Below, one piece after another: positions 16,493-25,258 of a stretch of DNA of 56,875 bases. Under the pieces are notes generated by a model, which saw only the letters and a program-made list of their open reading frames with translations, made no database searches and had not been told where the DNA came from. The stretch covers positions 1 through 56,875 of the forward strand of contig DATAOX010000036.1 in NCBI GenBank assembly GCA_036265555.1. Direction: 5' to 3'. Position 1 is the stretch's first letter; each line of letters opens with the position of its first letter. The position numbers and the translations under genes were made by a program. The DNA is from Solirubrobacterales bacterium (GTDB lineage: Bacteria > Actinomycetota > Thermoleophilia > Solirubrobacterales > 70-9).

Positions 16493-17346
16493 GGCACGAT
16501 CTTCGTGCCGATGCCAGCGTCGGTGAACAGCTCCAGGAGGAGCGAGTGCGGCATCGAGCCGTCGATGATGTGTGTCGAGGCGACCCCTCCGCGGATCGCT
16601 TCCACGCACGCGCCGAGCTTGGGGCGCATGCCCCCGGAGACGCCTCCGAGGGCCCGCTCGACGTCCTCGAGGGTCGCCGTCGAGATCAGCGAATCGGGGG
16701 CATGCGGATCCGCGAGCCACCCGGCGATGTCGGTGAGGAAGATCGCCTTGTGGGCCGTAAGCGCGGCCGCAACCTTACCGGCCGCGGTGTCGGCGTTCAC
16801 GTTGTATGAGTTGCCGGCGCCGTCCGTTCCGGCCGACGCGACCACGGGGATGTAGTCCTCGGCGATGTGGGTGAGGACGTCAACGTCGACGCGCTCGACC
16901 TCGCCCACGAAGCCCACCCGCTCCGCGTCGGGGTGCGGCCGGACATGCAACAGCCTGCCGTCCTCGCCCGAGAGCCCGACCGCGGGCTGGCCGTGGCGGT
17001 TCAGCCGGCTCACGATGTCGGAGTTCACCTTGCCCAGGAGGACCATCTTTGCCACCTCGACCGTCTCCGGATCGGAGACGCGCATTCCCTCGACGAACCG
17101 GACCTCCATCCCAAGGCGCTCCATATAGGTCGTGATGTCCGGCCCGCCGCCGTGCACGATCACCGGGTTCAACCCGACATATTTAAGGAGCACGATGTCG
17201 GTCGCGAAGCCCTCCCTGAGCTCCTCGTCCCGCATCGCGGCCCCACCGTACTTGATGACGACCGTGCGGCCGTGGAACTCCCGGATGTAGGGGAGCGCCT
17301 CGAGCAGAGTTTGAACGCTCGGGCCGGCTGTCATGGCGTCCGTCAC
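16489..17346 (-). CDS. argB: acetylglutamate kinase
   Basis: Amino-acid kinase family (GRTVVIKYGGAAM...VIVHGGGP). GTGA overlap with the argJ stop. Confidence 0.95.
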   Translation of the reverse strand: MTDAMTAGPSVQTLLEALPYIREFHGRTVVIKYGGAAMRDEELREGFATDIVLLKYVGLNPVIVHGGGPDITTYMERLGMEVRFVEGMRVSDPETVEVAKMVLLGKVNSDIVSRLNRHGQPAVGLSGEDGRLLHVRPHPDAERVGFVGEVERVDVDVLTHIAEDYIPVVASAGTDGAGNSYNVNADTAAGKVAAALTAHKAIFLTDIAGWLADPHAPDSLISTATLEDVERALGGVSGGMRPKLGACVEAIRGGVASTHIIDGSMPHSLLLELFTDAGIGTKIVP

Positions 17347-18509
17347 GTCGAGTACTCCGAGTTGATCCGGACATACTCGGCCGTCAGGTCCGAGAAATAG
17401 ACACGCGCGGCCCCGTCTCCCCGCTCGAGGCGCAACGCGACGTCGGCCTCGCGGGAATCCGTGGCGAGATCTCCGGCTTCGACCGACGCGCGCCCGAGCC
17501 CGTACAGGTCGCTGCCGGCGAGCGCCATCCCGGCCGCCTGGACGATCCGCCCCCAGTTCGGGTCGTGACCGTGGAGAGCGGCCTTCACCAGCGGGGAGTT
17601 GGCAATCGCCCTGGCCACCCGCTCCGCCTCCCGGTCGTCAGCCGCCCCGGTGACCTCGATCCGACACACGCGCGTCGCGCCCTCGCCGTCCGCCAGGACC
17701 TCGATCGCGAGCTGCAGCAGCACGGCGTCGAGCAGGCCGTCGGGAAGCGGGCGGCCCGAGGCGCCGGTCGCCTGGAGCAGCACGGTGTCATTCGTGCTCA
17801 TCTGCCCGTCGACGGTGATCCGCTCGAAGGAGCGCGCGACCGCGGCACGCAGGACCGCATCGGCCTCGGGGACGGTTGCGTCCGTCTGGACGAAGCACAG
17901 CATGGTCGCCAACCCCGGCTCGATCATCCCGGCACCCTTGGCCTGGGCCGAGACGGTCACGCCGTCGCAGCGGACCGCGCACAGCTTCGGCGCGGCATCC
18001 GTGGTCATGATCGCCTCGGCGAAGCGCCGGCCGCCCCACCCGTCGAGCCGCGCGGCCGCACCGGTCACGCCGCCCTCCACCTGGCCGATCGGCAGCGGCA
18101 CCCCGATGACCCCGGTCTCGGCGATCGCAACCGAGAGGGAATCGACGTGGAGTTCCCGTGCCGCGGCGTCGCGCATCGCGACGGCGTCCCGGTAGCCCTG
18201 CTCGCCGGTGGCGGCGTTGGCGTTCCCGGAGTTGACGACCGCGGCCTTGATCGCGGCGCGGTCGCACGCCTCGCGGCACACGCGCACCGGGGCGGCCGCG
18301 ACGGCGTTCCGAGTCAGGAGCAGAGCCGAGGCGACCTCGTCCGCGTCGCAGAGGAGCAGGGCGACATCCATCTCACCGCTCGGCTTCAGGCCGCAGGCGG
18401 CGGCGCCCGCCCGGAATCCCGGCGCGAGCTCGGCCGGGTCGACCTCATCCACCCCTGCCGGTGCCTTGACCCACCTCGAGCGAAAGAAGGTGGCCGACAC
18501 CGCGCTCAC
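17343..18509 (-). CDS. argJ: bifunctional ornithine acetyltransferase / N-acetylglutamate synthase
   Basis: ArgJ family with the autocleavage region GLATMLCFVQTDA. GTG at 18509 overlaps the argC stop (GTGA). The track ORF is over-extended to 19112. Confidence 0.93.
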   Translation of the reverse strand: MSAVSATFFRSRWVKAPAGVDEVDPAELAPGFRAGAAACGLKPSGEMDVALLLCDADEVASALLLTRNAVAAAPVRVCREACDRAAIKAAVVNSGNANAATGEQGYRDAVAMRDAAARELHVDSLSVAIAETGVIGVPLPIGQVEGGVTGAAARLDGWGGRRFAEAIMTTDAAPKLCAVRCDGVTVSAQAKGAGMIEPGLATMLCFVQTDATVPEADAVLRAAVARSFERITVDGQMSTNDTVLLQATGASGRPLPDGLLDAVLLQLAIEVLADGEGATRVCRIEVTGAADDREAERVARAIANSPLVKAALHGHDPNWGRIVQAAGMALAGSDLYGLGRASVEAGDLATDSREADVALRLERGDGAARVYFSDLTAEYVRINSEYST

Positions 18510-19591
18510 AGCAATCCCTCGGTCTCGTCCAGGCCAAGCATCAGGTTCAGGTTCTGGACCGCCTGCCCGGCGGCGCCCTTCCAGAGGTTGTCGATCGCCG
18601 CGAAGACCATGAGCCTGCCCGTGCCCTGGTCGGTTGCGGTGTGGATCCGGCACACGTTGGTCTCGCGGACGTCGCGCACGCCGGGCGGCTCCGGGGCCAT
18701 CTCCACGAATCGTTCGTCGTCGTAGCTCGCGGCGTAGAGCTCGGCCACCTCCCGGGCCTCGATGTCTCGCACGGGCGTCACGAAGCAGCTCGCCATGAGG
18801 CCCTGATCGAGCGGGAGCAGGTGTGGAACGAACGTAATCCGCCGCCTCCTCCGCTCCCGCTCGCTCGCCCTTGAACCATTCGAATCTCGCTCCCTCGCTC
18901 CCGCGTCCGGGGGCGGCGGGGTTCCTACATCCTCGGCAAGCGCATCCAACTCCTGCGTGATCTCGGGCAGGTGACGATGGCCATCGACGCCGTAAGCCGA
19001 GAAGTTCTCGTCGACCGCGACGAAGTGCAGCCGGTCGCCTGCGCCGCGCCCGGCACCCGAGACCCCCGACGCGGCGCTGATCACGACGTCGCTGATCAAC
19101 CCCTCGCGGCATAGGGGGGCGAGGGCCAGCAGAGCCGCGGTCGGATAGCAGCCCGGGTTCGCTATGAGGCGTGCGCCGCGGATCTCATCCCGGTGGAGCT
19201 CGGTGAGCCCGTACACCGGCTCGTTCATCAGCTCAGGCGCCCCGTGCTCGCCGTACGTCGCCTCATAGGCGGACAGCTCGTGGAGCCGGAAGTCGGCCGA
19301 GACGTCCACCACGTACTGCTCAGCCTCCAACAGCCGTTCCACGAGGGGGGCGGCGGCGCCGTGCGGGTAGGCGATGATCGCCGCGTCGGCGTCGGGTGGG
19401 TCGTCGGGGTCGAGCTCGGTCAGCTCCATCGGCACGCGGTAGCGCGGATACAGGCGATCGAGCCGCGCCCCGACATCGGATCTGGCCGTCGCCGCAACCA
19501 GGTTCAGGCGCGGGTGGCGATGGATCAGGTGGGCGGCGAGCGCCCCGGTGAAACCGGATGCCCCCGCGACCAGGACGCGGGCGTCAGCCAC
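18506..19591 (-). CDS. argC: N-acetyl-gamma-glutamyl-phosphate reductase
   Basis: VLVAGASGFTG Rossmann motif and active-site ANPGCYPTA. Carries a charged insertion of about 30 aa (see findings). Confidence 0.93.
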   Translation of the reverse strand: MADARVLVAGASGFTGALAAHLIHRHPRLNLVAATARSDVGARLDRLYPRYRVPMELTELDPDDPPDADAAIIAYPHGAAAPLVERLLEAEQYVVDVSADFRLHELSAYEATYGEHGAPELMNEPVYGLTELHRDEIRGARLIANPGCYPTAALLALAPLCREGLISDVVISAASGVSGAGRGAGDRLHFVAVDENFSAYGVDGHRHLPEITQELDALAEDVGTPPPPDAGARERDSNGSRASERERRRRRITFVPHLLPLDQGLMASCFVTPVRDIEAREVAELYAASYDDERFVEMAPEPPGVRDVRETNVCRIHTATDQGTGRLMVFAAIDNLWKGAAGQAVQNLNLMLGLDETEGLL

Positions 19592-22043
19592 GGAGCGACC
19601 CGCCCAGCTCGGCGATCGCCGTCTCGATCGCGCTGCGACGCTCGGCGACCTCGGCGTCGGTCAGGGTCCGGTCGGGCACCCGGAACTCCAGCCGCAGGGC
19701 CAGGCTCTTTCTGCCCTCACCGACCTGCTCGCCGCGATACACGTCGAAGACGCCGGCGCTTCGCAGGAGCTCTCCGCCCCCCTCCATCACGGCCGAACGG
19801 ACGCGCGCCGCGGGGACGTCCTCGTCGACCACGATCGCCAAATCCTGGTAGACGGCCGGATAGGTGGTGACGTCCTCGTAGGTCTCACGGCCCAACGGCG
19901 AGCCGGCCACGAGCTCCGCCAGCCCGATGTCGAACGCCGCCGCGCCCTCGAGGTCCCATTGACGGCAGACGAGCGGATGGACTTCGCCGAGCCAGCCGGC
20001 CTCGCGCCCCCCGATGACAACCTTCGCCGAGCGCCCCGGATGCAGGAAGGGGAGCGCCTCCGGCTCGAGCTCGAGACCGGCCCTGAAGTGCTCCGCGAGC
20101 GCCTCCAGAACGCCCTTCATCGCGAAGAAGTCGACCGCGCGCGGCTCGGCGGTCCAGCTCGTCGGCACCAGCGGGCCCACGGCGAGGGCCGCGAGGCGCT
20201 GTGCCTCGAAGGCCGGGGCCGATCGCTCTCCGGCGAACTGGCCGCCGAGAACTCCGCCGGCCGGCGACCCGCCCCTGGCGAGATAGGCGCGCCCCGCCTC
20301 GGCGAGCGCCACGCGATCGGCACCGCGCGCGAAGTTGTACCTGGCGGCGTCCAGCAGCGATCCGAGCAGCATCGTGCGGAGCTCGGAGTGGTCCAGGGAG
20401 AGCGGATTGGAGACGCGAATCGGCGCTGCGCGCGCATCGCCTTGGCGCAGGCGCAGCCGATTCGGCATCTCCGGGTCGGTGAGGCTCAGGCTGACGATCC
20501 CGTCGAAACCGAGGTCGCGCATCACGTCCTCGGCGCGCCGCCGCAGCGCCTGCTCGCGCGTCAGGCGGCCGCCCTGCCCCGGCGCCTGCGGCAGCGTCGC
20601 GGGCAGGTGCTCGTCGTAGCCGTGGATGCGCCCGACCTCCTCGATCAGGTCCGCCTCACGGCTCACGTCGTAGTAGCGATGCGCGGGTACGTCGGCGACG
20701 ATGTCTCCCCCCTCCCGTTGCACCTTGAAGCCGAGCCGCTCCAGGTAGAGCGCGCAATCGTCAGGTTCGATCCGCATCCCGAGCAGCGCCTCGGCCCGCC
20801 CGGCGCGCAACACCGGCCGACGCGGCGGCGGCTGCTCGGCGGCGACGTCGATCGTGCCCGGGACGAGTCGCGCCCCACACACCTCGACGAAGAGCCGCGC
20901 GGCGATCCGCTGGGCGCGCATCGCAAGTTCGGGATGAAGCTGCTTCTCGAACCGGGTCGACGCCTCCGAGCGCAGCGCTAGCCGCCGCGAGGTCCGCAGG
21001 ATGTTCACGCCGTTCCACGTCGCGACCTCGAGCAGGACACGAGTGGTGGAGTCGGAGACCTCCGAGGCGGCGCCGCCCATGATCCCCGCGAGCCCGGAGG
21101 GCCCGTCGCGGTCGCACACCAGCACGGCCTTCGAGTCGAATGTCCGCTCGACCCCATCGAGCGTGGTCATCCGCTCCGCCTCCTCCGCGGTGCGGACGAT
21201 CAGCACACCGCCCGGCACGCGGTCGAGGTCGAATGCGTGAAGCGGCTGCGCGGTCATGAGCATCACGTAGTTGGTGATGTCGACGACGTTGTTGACGGGT
21301 CGCTGCCCGGCGGCGATCAACCGGGCCTTGAGCCAGAGCGGCGAGGGCCCGATCTGAACGTCCGTGAAGACCCGGGCCGTGAAGCGCGGGCAGAGCTCCG
21401 GGACCTTCACCGTGACGGAGGCGTAGTCGGTGGCCTCCCCCTCGCCCTCCGCATCGGCGTCGCCCTCCCACGGCGGGGTGGCGAGCCGGGCGCCGGTGAA
21501 CGCGTGGACCTCGCGGGCGACGCCGTAGACGCCGAGGCAGTCCACCCGGTTGGAGTTGACCTCCAGCTCCAGGACGGGTTCCGCGACCGGCAGGACGTCG
21601 GCGAGCGGCGTCCCCGGGGCGGCGTCACCGTCGAGCACCACGATCCCGTCGGCGTTCTCACCGAGCTCGAGCTCCGCCTCCGAGAGGATCATGCCGTCGG
21701 AGGTGACGCCGCGAAGCTTCGCCCGGCCGAGCTTCCGCCCGCCCGGCAACGTAGCGCCGGGCAGCGCGACCGGCACGAGCTGGCCCGCCGCGACGTTCGG
21801 TGCCCCGCAGACGATCGTGCGCACCTCGTCGCCGGCATCGACCGTGCATACGCTCAGGCGATCGGCGTTCGGATGCTGATCGACGGAGACGACGCGCGCG
21901 ACCACGAACCCGTCGGGCGAGGGCGCCCCCACGTGACTGATCCGCTCCACCTCCGTGGTCCGCAACGCGAGCCGCTCCGCGAGCTCGTCCGCGGAAAGCC
22001 CCGGATCGCAGTATTCGGTGACCCAGCTGAAGGGGATCCTCAT
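19584..22043 (-). CDS. pheT: phenylalanine--tRNA ligase beta subunit
   Basis: 819 aa. N-terminal tRNA-binding OB domain, B3/B4 and B5 regions, and a C-terminal FDX-ACB-like end. ATGA overlap with the pheS stop. Confidence 0.95.
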   Translation of the reverse strand: MRIPFSWVTEYCDPGLSADELAERLALRTTEVERISHVGAPSPDGFVVARVVSVDQHPNADRLSVCTVDAGDEVRTIVCGAPNVAAGQLVPVALPGATLPGGRKLGRAKLRGVTSDGMILSEAELELGENADGIVVLDGDAAPGTPLADVLPVAEPVLELEVNSNRVDCLGVYGVAREVHAFTGARLATPPWEGDADAEGEGEATDYASVTVKVPELCPRFTARVFTDVQIGPSPLWLKARLIAAGQRPVNNVVDITNYVMLMTAQPLHAFDLDRVPGGVLIVRTAEEAERMTTLDGVERTFDSKAVLVCDRDGPSGLAGIMGGAASEVSDSTTRVLLEVATWNGVNILRTSRRLALRSEASTRFEKQLHPELAMRAQRIAARLFVEVCGARLVPGTIDVAAEQPPPRRPVLRAGRAEALLGMRIEPDDCALYLERLGFKVQREGGDIVADVPAHRYYDVSREADLIEEVGRIHGYDEHLPATLPQAPGQGGRLTREQALRRRAEDVMRDLGFDGIVSLSLTDPEMPNRLRLRQGDARAAPIRVSNPLSLDHSELRTMLLGSLLDAARYNFARGADRVALAEAGRAYLARGGSPAGGVLGGQFAGERSAPAFEAQRLAALAVGPLVPTSWTAEPRAVDFFAMKGVLEALAEHFRAGLELEPEALPFLHPGRSAKVVIGGREAGWLGEVHPLVCRQWDLEGAAAFDIGLAELVAGSPLGRETYEDVTTYPAVYQDLAIVVDEDVPAARVRSAVMEGGGELLRSAGVFDVYRGEQVGEGRKSLALRLEFRVPDRTLTDAEVAERRSAIETAIAELGGSLRG

Positions 22044-23194
22044 GGAAACTGCTCCAGGACGCGGATGTCGTTCTCGAAGAACTTACGAAGGTCCGGGACG
22101 CCGTGCTTCAGCATCGCGATCCGCTCGATCCCCATGCCGAACGCGAACCCCTGCACGCGCTCGGGGTCGTAGCCGTTCGCCTCGACGAATCCGAAGACGT
22201 TTGGGTCCACCATCCCCGAGCCGAGAATCTCGATCCAGCCGGATCCCTTACAGATCGAGTCCCGCGAGCCGTCGGGCAGCGTGCCCGAGCCCCCGCACCG
22301 GAAGCACGAGACGTCGACCTCGACGCTGGGCTCGGTGAAGGGAAAGAATCCGGGCCGAAAGCGGGTGCTGCGCTCAGGCCCGAAGATCGCCCGGGCGAAC
22401 TCGTCGAGCGTGCCCTTGAGGTCCGCCAGCGTGATGCTCTCCGAGACCGCGAGACCCTCGACCTGGTGGAAGATCGGGCTGTGAGTGGCGTCGAACGGAT
22501 CGCTGCGGTAGCAGCGCCCAGGGACGACGATGAGGATCGGCGGCGACTGGGCCTCCATCGAGCGGACCTGCATCGGCGACGTGTGGGTGCGGAGGACCAC
22601 GTCCTCCGGGCCGGGCGGGAGCGGATCCTGCTCCGCCGGCTCGCGGGGAGCGCTCGGCGCCGGCCCGAGGCGGAGCTCCGGGTCGAGCGTCGCCGGATCC
22701 ACGTAGAAGGTGTCCTGCGCCATCCTGGCCGGATGCCCGGGCGGGTGGTTGAGCGCCGTGAAGTTGTAGTAGTCGAGCTCGACCTCGGGCCCCTCCATCA
22801 CCCGATACCCGAGGCCGCAGAAGACGTCCTCGATCTCGCGTAGCGTGCGAATGAGGAGGTTCCGCGACCCGACCGGCACCGCGGGCGATCCTGGCAGCGT
22901 GACGTCGACGGCCTCGGCGGCCAGTCCGCGCTCGAGCTCGCCGGCCTCGAGCTCGCCGCGGCGTCGCTCGAGCACCGCCTCCAGCGCCCGACGCGCGACG
23001 TTGGCGGCCTGGCCGACGGGCCCGCGCTCCTCGGCGGGAAGATCGCCGATCCCGCGGAGGATCCGCGTCAGGTCCGCCTTGCGGCCGAGGTAGCGCACTC
23101 GGAGCTCCTCGAGGGCGGCGGGATCGGGGGCCACTCCGATCGCCGCCTCGGCCTCAGCCCGGAGCACCTCTATTTCCGCCCGCAGGTCAGGCAC
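22040..23194 (-). CDS. pheS: phenylalanine--tRNA ligase alpha subunit
   Basis: Class II core (FRPGFFPFTEPSVEVD..., GFAFGMGIERIAM). GTG at 23194 chosen. The track ORF extends to 23248. Confidence 0.93.
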   Translation of the reverse strand: MPDLRAEIEVLRAEAEAAIGVAPDPAALEELRVRYLGRKADLTRILRGIGDLPAEERGPVGQAANVARRALEAVLERRRGELEAGELERGLAAEAVDVTLPGSPAVPVGSRNLLIRTLREIEDVFCGLGYRVMEGPEVELDYYNFTALNHPPGHPARMAQDTFYVDPATLDPELRLGPAPSAPREPAEQDPLPPGPEDVVLRTHTSPMQVRSMEAQSPPILIVVPGRCYRSDPFDATHSPIFHQVEGLAVSESITLADLKGTLDEFARAIFGPERSTRFRPGFFPFTEPSVEVDVSCFRCGGSGTLPDGSRDSICKGSGWIEILGSGMVDPNVFGFVEANGYDPERVQGFAFGMGIERIAMLKHGVPDLRKFFENDIRVLEQFP

Positions 23195-23876
23195 GGCCGG
23201 GCATCCTAGTCGCGAGCTCGTACAGCGCCACGGCGGCGGCAGCTGCAACGTTCAGGGACTCCGGGCCGTCGGAGCGCATCGGGATCCGGACGGTCGCATC
23301 CGTCTGCGATCCCTTCGGGGGGCCCTCCCGCTCCGCCCCCAGACAGAGGACGACCGGGGCCTCGAGCTCCACCTCCCGCAGATCGGCGGAAGCGTGCGCG
23401 TCCAGGCCGACCTTGAAGCCCTGGACCTCGGTGATGTCGCCCCTCGCGGGCGGGCGCGAGAACACCGACCCCATGCTCGCCCGCACGGCCTTGGGCGAGT
23501 ACGGGTCGGCGCATCCCGGCCCCAGGATCACGGGCCCATCGGCGAGGGCGTGGGCACTGCGGATGATGGTTCCAATGTTGCCGGGGTCGCGGACGTGGTC
23601 CAGGTGCACCTGCACCTCGCCCCCGGGGCGGTCCCAGCGCTGGCGGTAGACGCCCATGACGCGCGTTCCCGAGCCCAGCTCGCTCACTCCGTCCAGGAGC
23701 GCCGGCTCGACGTCGCGGCCGGCGACGAGCACGAGCTCCGCCTCCGCTCCCGCGGCGCGGGCGGCCTCCACCAGGTCCTCACCCTCGGCCACGAAGAGCC
23801 CCGAGCGCTCGCGGTGCTTTCGCGCCTGGAGCTTTCGGATGAGCTTGAGCTTGTCGTTGTGGGGGCTGGTGATCAT
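23187..23876 (-). CDS. TrmH/SpoU family RNA 2'-O-methyltransferase
   Basis: MITSPHNDKLKLIRKL..., DPGNIGTIIRSA, LGAEREG, SLNVAAAAAVALYE. Sits in the rplT-(tsnR-like)-pheS position seen in mycobacteria. Confidence 0.88.
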   Translation of the reverse strand: MITSPHNDKLKLIRKLQARKHRERSGLFVAEGEDLVEAARAAGAEAELVLVAGRDVEPALLDGVSELGSGTRVMGVYRQRWDRPGGEVQVHLDHVRDPGNIGTIIRSAHALADGPVILGPGCADPYSPKAVRASMGSVFSRPPARGDITEVQGFKVGLDAHASADLREVELEAPVVLCLGAEREGPPKGSQTDATVRIPMRSDGPESLNVAAAAAVALYELATRMPGRA

Positions 23877-23943
23877 TGTCGAACGAAAAAGGGCGGCCCG
23901 CATGTCGCAAGCCGCCCGGGAATCGTCGATGGAGCCGTCGCCG

Positions 23944-24303
23944 CTAAGCCGCGTCGGCCTCCCGGGCTCGCTCGGCAAATCGGCGGAACGCCTCAGGATC
24001 GTGCACGGCGACGTCCGCGAGGAGCTTGCGGTTGACCTCGATGCCGGCCGCGTTCAGGCCGTGGATCAGCTGCGAGTAGCTCATGCCCTCGCGGCGCGCG
24101 GCGGCGTTGATCCGGATGATCCAGAGCCGGCGGAAGTCACGCTTGCGGTTTCGCCGGTCGCGGTACGCGTAGCTGCCCGAGCGCATGACCTGCTCGTTGG
24201 CGAGCCGATAGCTCGAGTGCTTGCGGCCCCAGTAGCCCCTCGCCTGTCGGAGGACCTTCTTCTTGCGCCGCTTGCGGGCGACGGCGTTGGTCGCACGGGC
24301 CAT
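23944..24303 (-). CDS. rplT: 50S ribosomal protein L20
   Basis: MARATNAVARKRRKKKVLRQARGYWGRKHSSYRLANEQV... Confidence 0.97.
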   Translation of the reverse strand: MARATNAVARKRRKKKVLRQARGYWGRKHSSYRLANEQVMRSGSYAYRDRRNRKRDFRRLWIIRINAAARREGMSYSQLIHGLNAAGIEVNRKLLADVAVHDPEAFRRFAERAREADAA

Positions 24304-24306
24304 GTC

Positions 24307-24510
24307 CTAGCGCCCCTTCCCGGCCAGCAGCGTGCGCACCCGCTTGCGATCCGGGCGCGCGACCTCGGTCGGCATCGACATGCGGCGCTTCCGCTTCGGG
24401 GACTTCTTCTCCAGGATGTGGCTGGAGTTGGCACGCCGGCCGCGGAGCTTGCCGCCGCCGGTCTTTCGGAAGCGCTTCTTGGCGCCCGAGTGTGTCTTCA
24501 TCTTCGGCAC
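24307..24510 (-). CDS. rpmI: 50S ribosomal protein L35
   Basis: MPKMKTHSGAKKRFRKTGGGKLRGRRANSSHILEKKSPKRKR. Confidence 0.97.
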   Translation of the reverse strand: MPKMKTHSGAKKRFRKTGGGKLRGRRANSSHILEKKSPKRKRRMSMPTEVARPDRKRVRTLLAGKGR

Positions 24511-24540
24511 GGGACGGCTTATTGAAGCAGACGGTGGGCG

Positions 24541-25122
24541 TCAGGCCGCCGAGCGCTGGGCGTCGCCTTCGCTCGCCTTCGCCCGCACGGGCGCGAGCAG
24601 CATGCTCATGTTGCGACCCTCCTGCAGGGGCTCCTGCTCGATGGTCGCTAGGTCCTCGATGTCCTCGTAGAGACGGCGAAGCAGCGTGCGCCCGCGCTCG
24701 GGATGCGCCTGCTCGCGGCCGCGGAACATGATCGTGACCTTCACCTTGTCCTGGTTGCGCAGGAAGCGCTCGACGTGACCCCTCTTCGTCTCGTAGTCGT
24801 GGGTCGCGATCTTCGGCCTCAGCTTGATCTCGCGGACGTTGATCTGCTGCTGGTGCTTGCGCGCGGCCTTGGCCTTCTGTTCCTGCTCGTAGCGGTACTT
24901 GGAGTAGTCGAGCAGGCGAGCGACGGGGGGGCGCGCGTCGGCCGCGACCTCGACGAGGTCGAGGTCCTTCTCGCCGGCGAGCTGAAGCGCCTGGTCGGTG
25001 GGGACGATCCCCACCTGGTTTCCGTCCTCGTCGATCAGCCTGACCTCGGACACGCGAATCCGCTCGTTGATCCGCGTCGGGTCACGCTCGGGAGGCGACC
25101 GGTCGAAGCGCGGGTTCGCCAC
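24541..25122 (-). CDS. infC: translation initiation factor IF-3
   Basis: [24 protein letters not shown]...[13 protein letters not shown]. The track start is GTG at 25122. The true start is uncertain because IF-3 genes often use unusual start codons. Confidence 0.93.
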   Translation of the reverse strand: MANPRFDRSPPERDPTRINERIRVSEVRLIDEDGNQVGIVPTDQALQLAGEKDLDLVEVAADARPPVARLLDYSKYRYEQEQKAKAARKHQQQINVREIKLRPKIATHDYETKRGHVERFLRNQDKVKVTIMFRGREQAHPERGRTLLRRLYEDIEDLATIEQEPLQEGRNMSMLLAPVRAKASEGDAQRSAA

Positions 25123-25258
25123 TAGAACTGGCTGAGAAGGCGCGTCAAGCTAGCGATGCTCGGACGGAATCGGGAGACGAGACGTGACGGCAGAGGGCAC
25201 GGGCGCTCAGCGACGGCGCGTGGTGTGGGTGCCCTCCATCGCGCGCCAGTATAGACGC

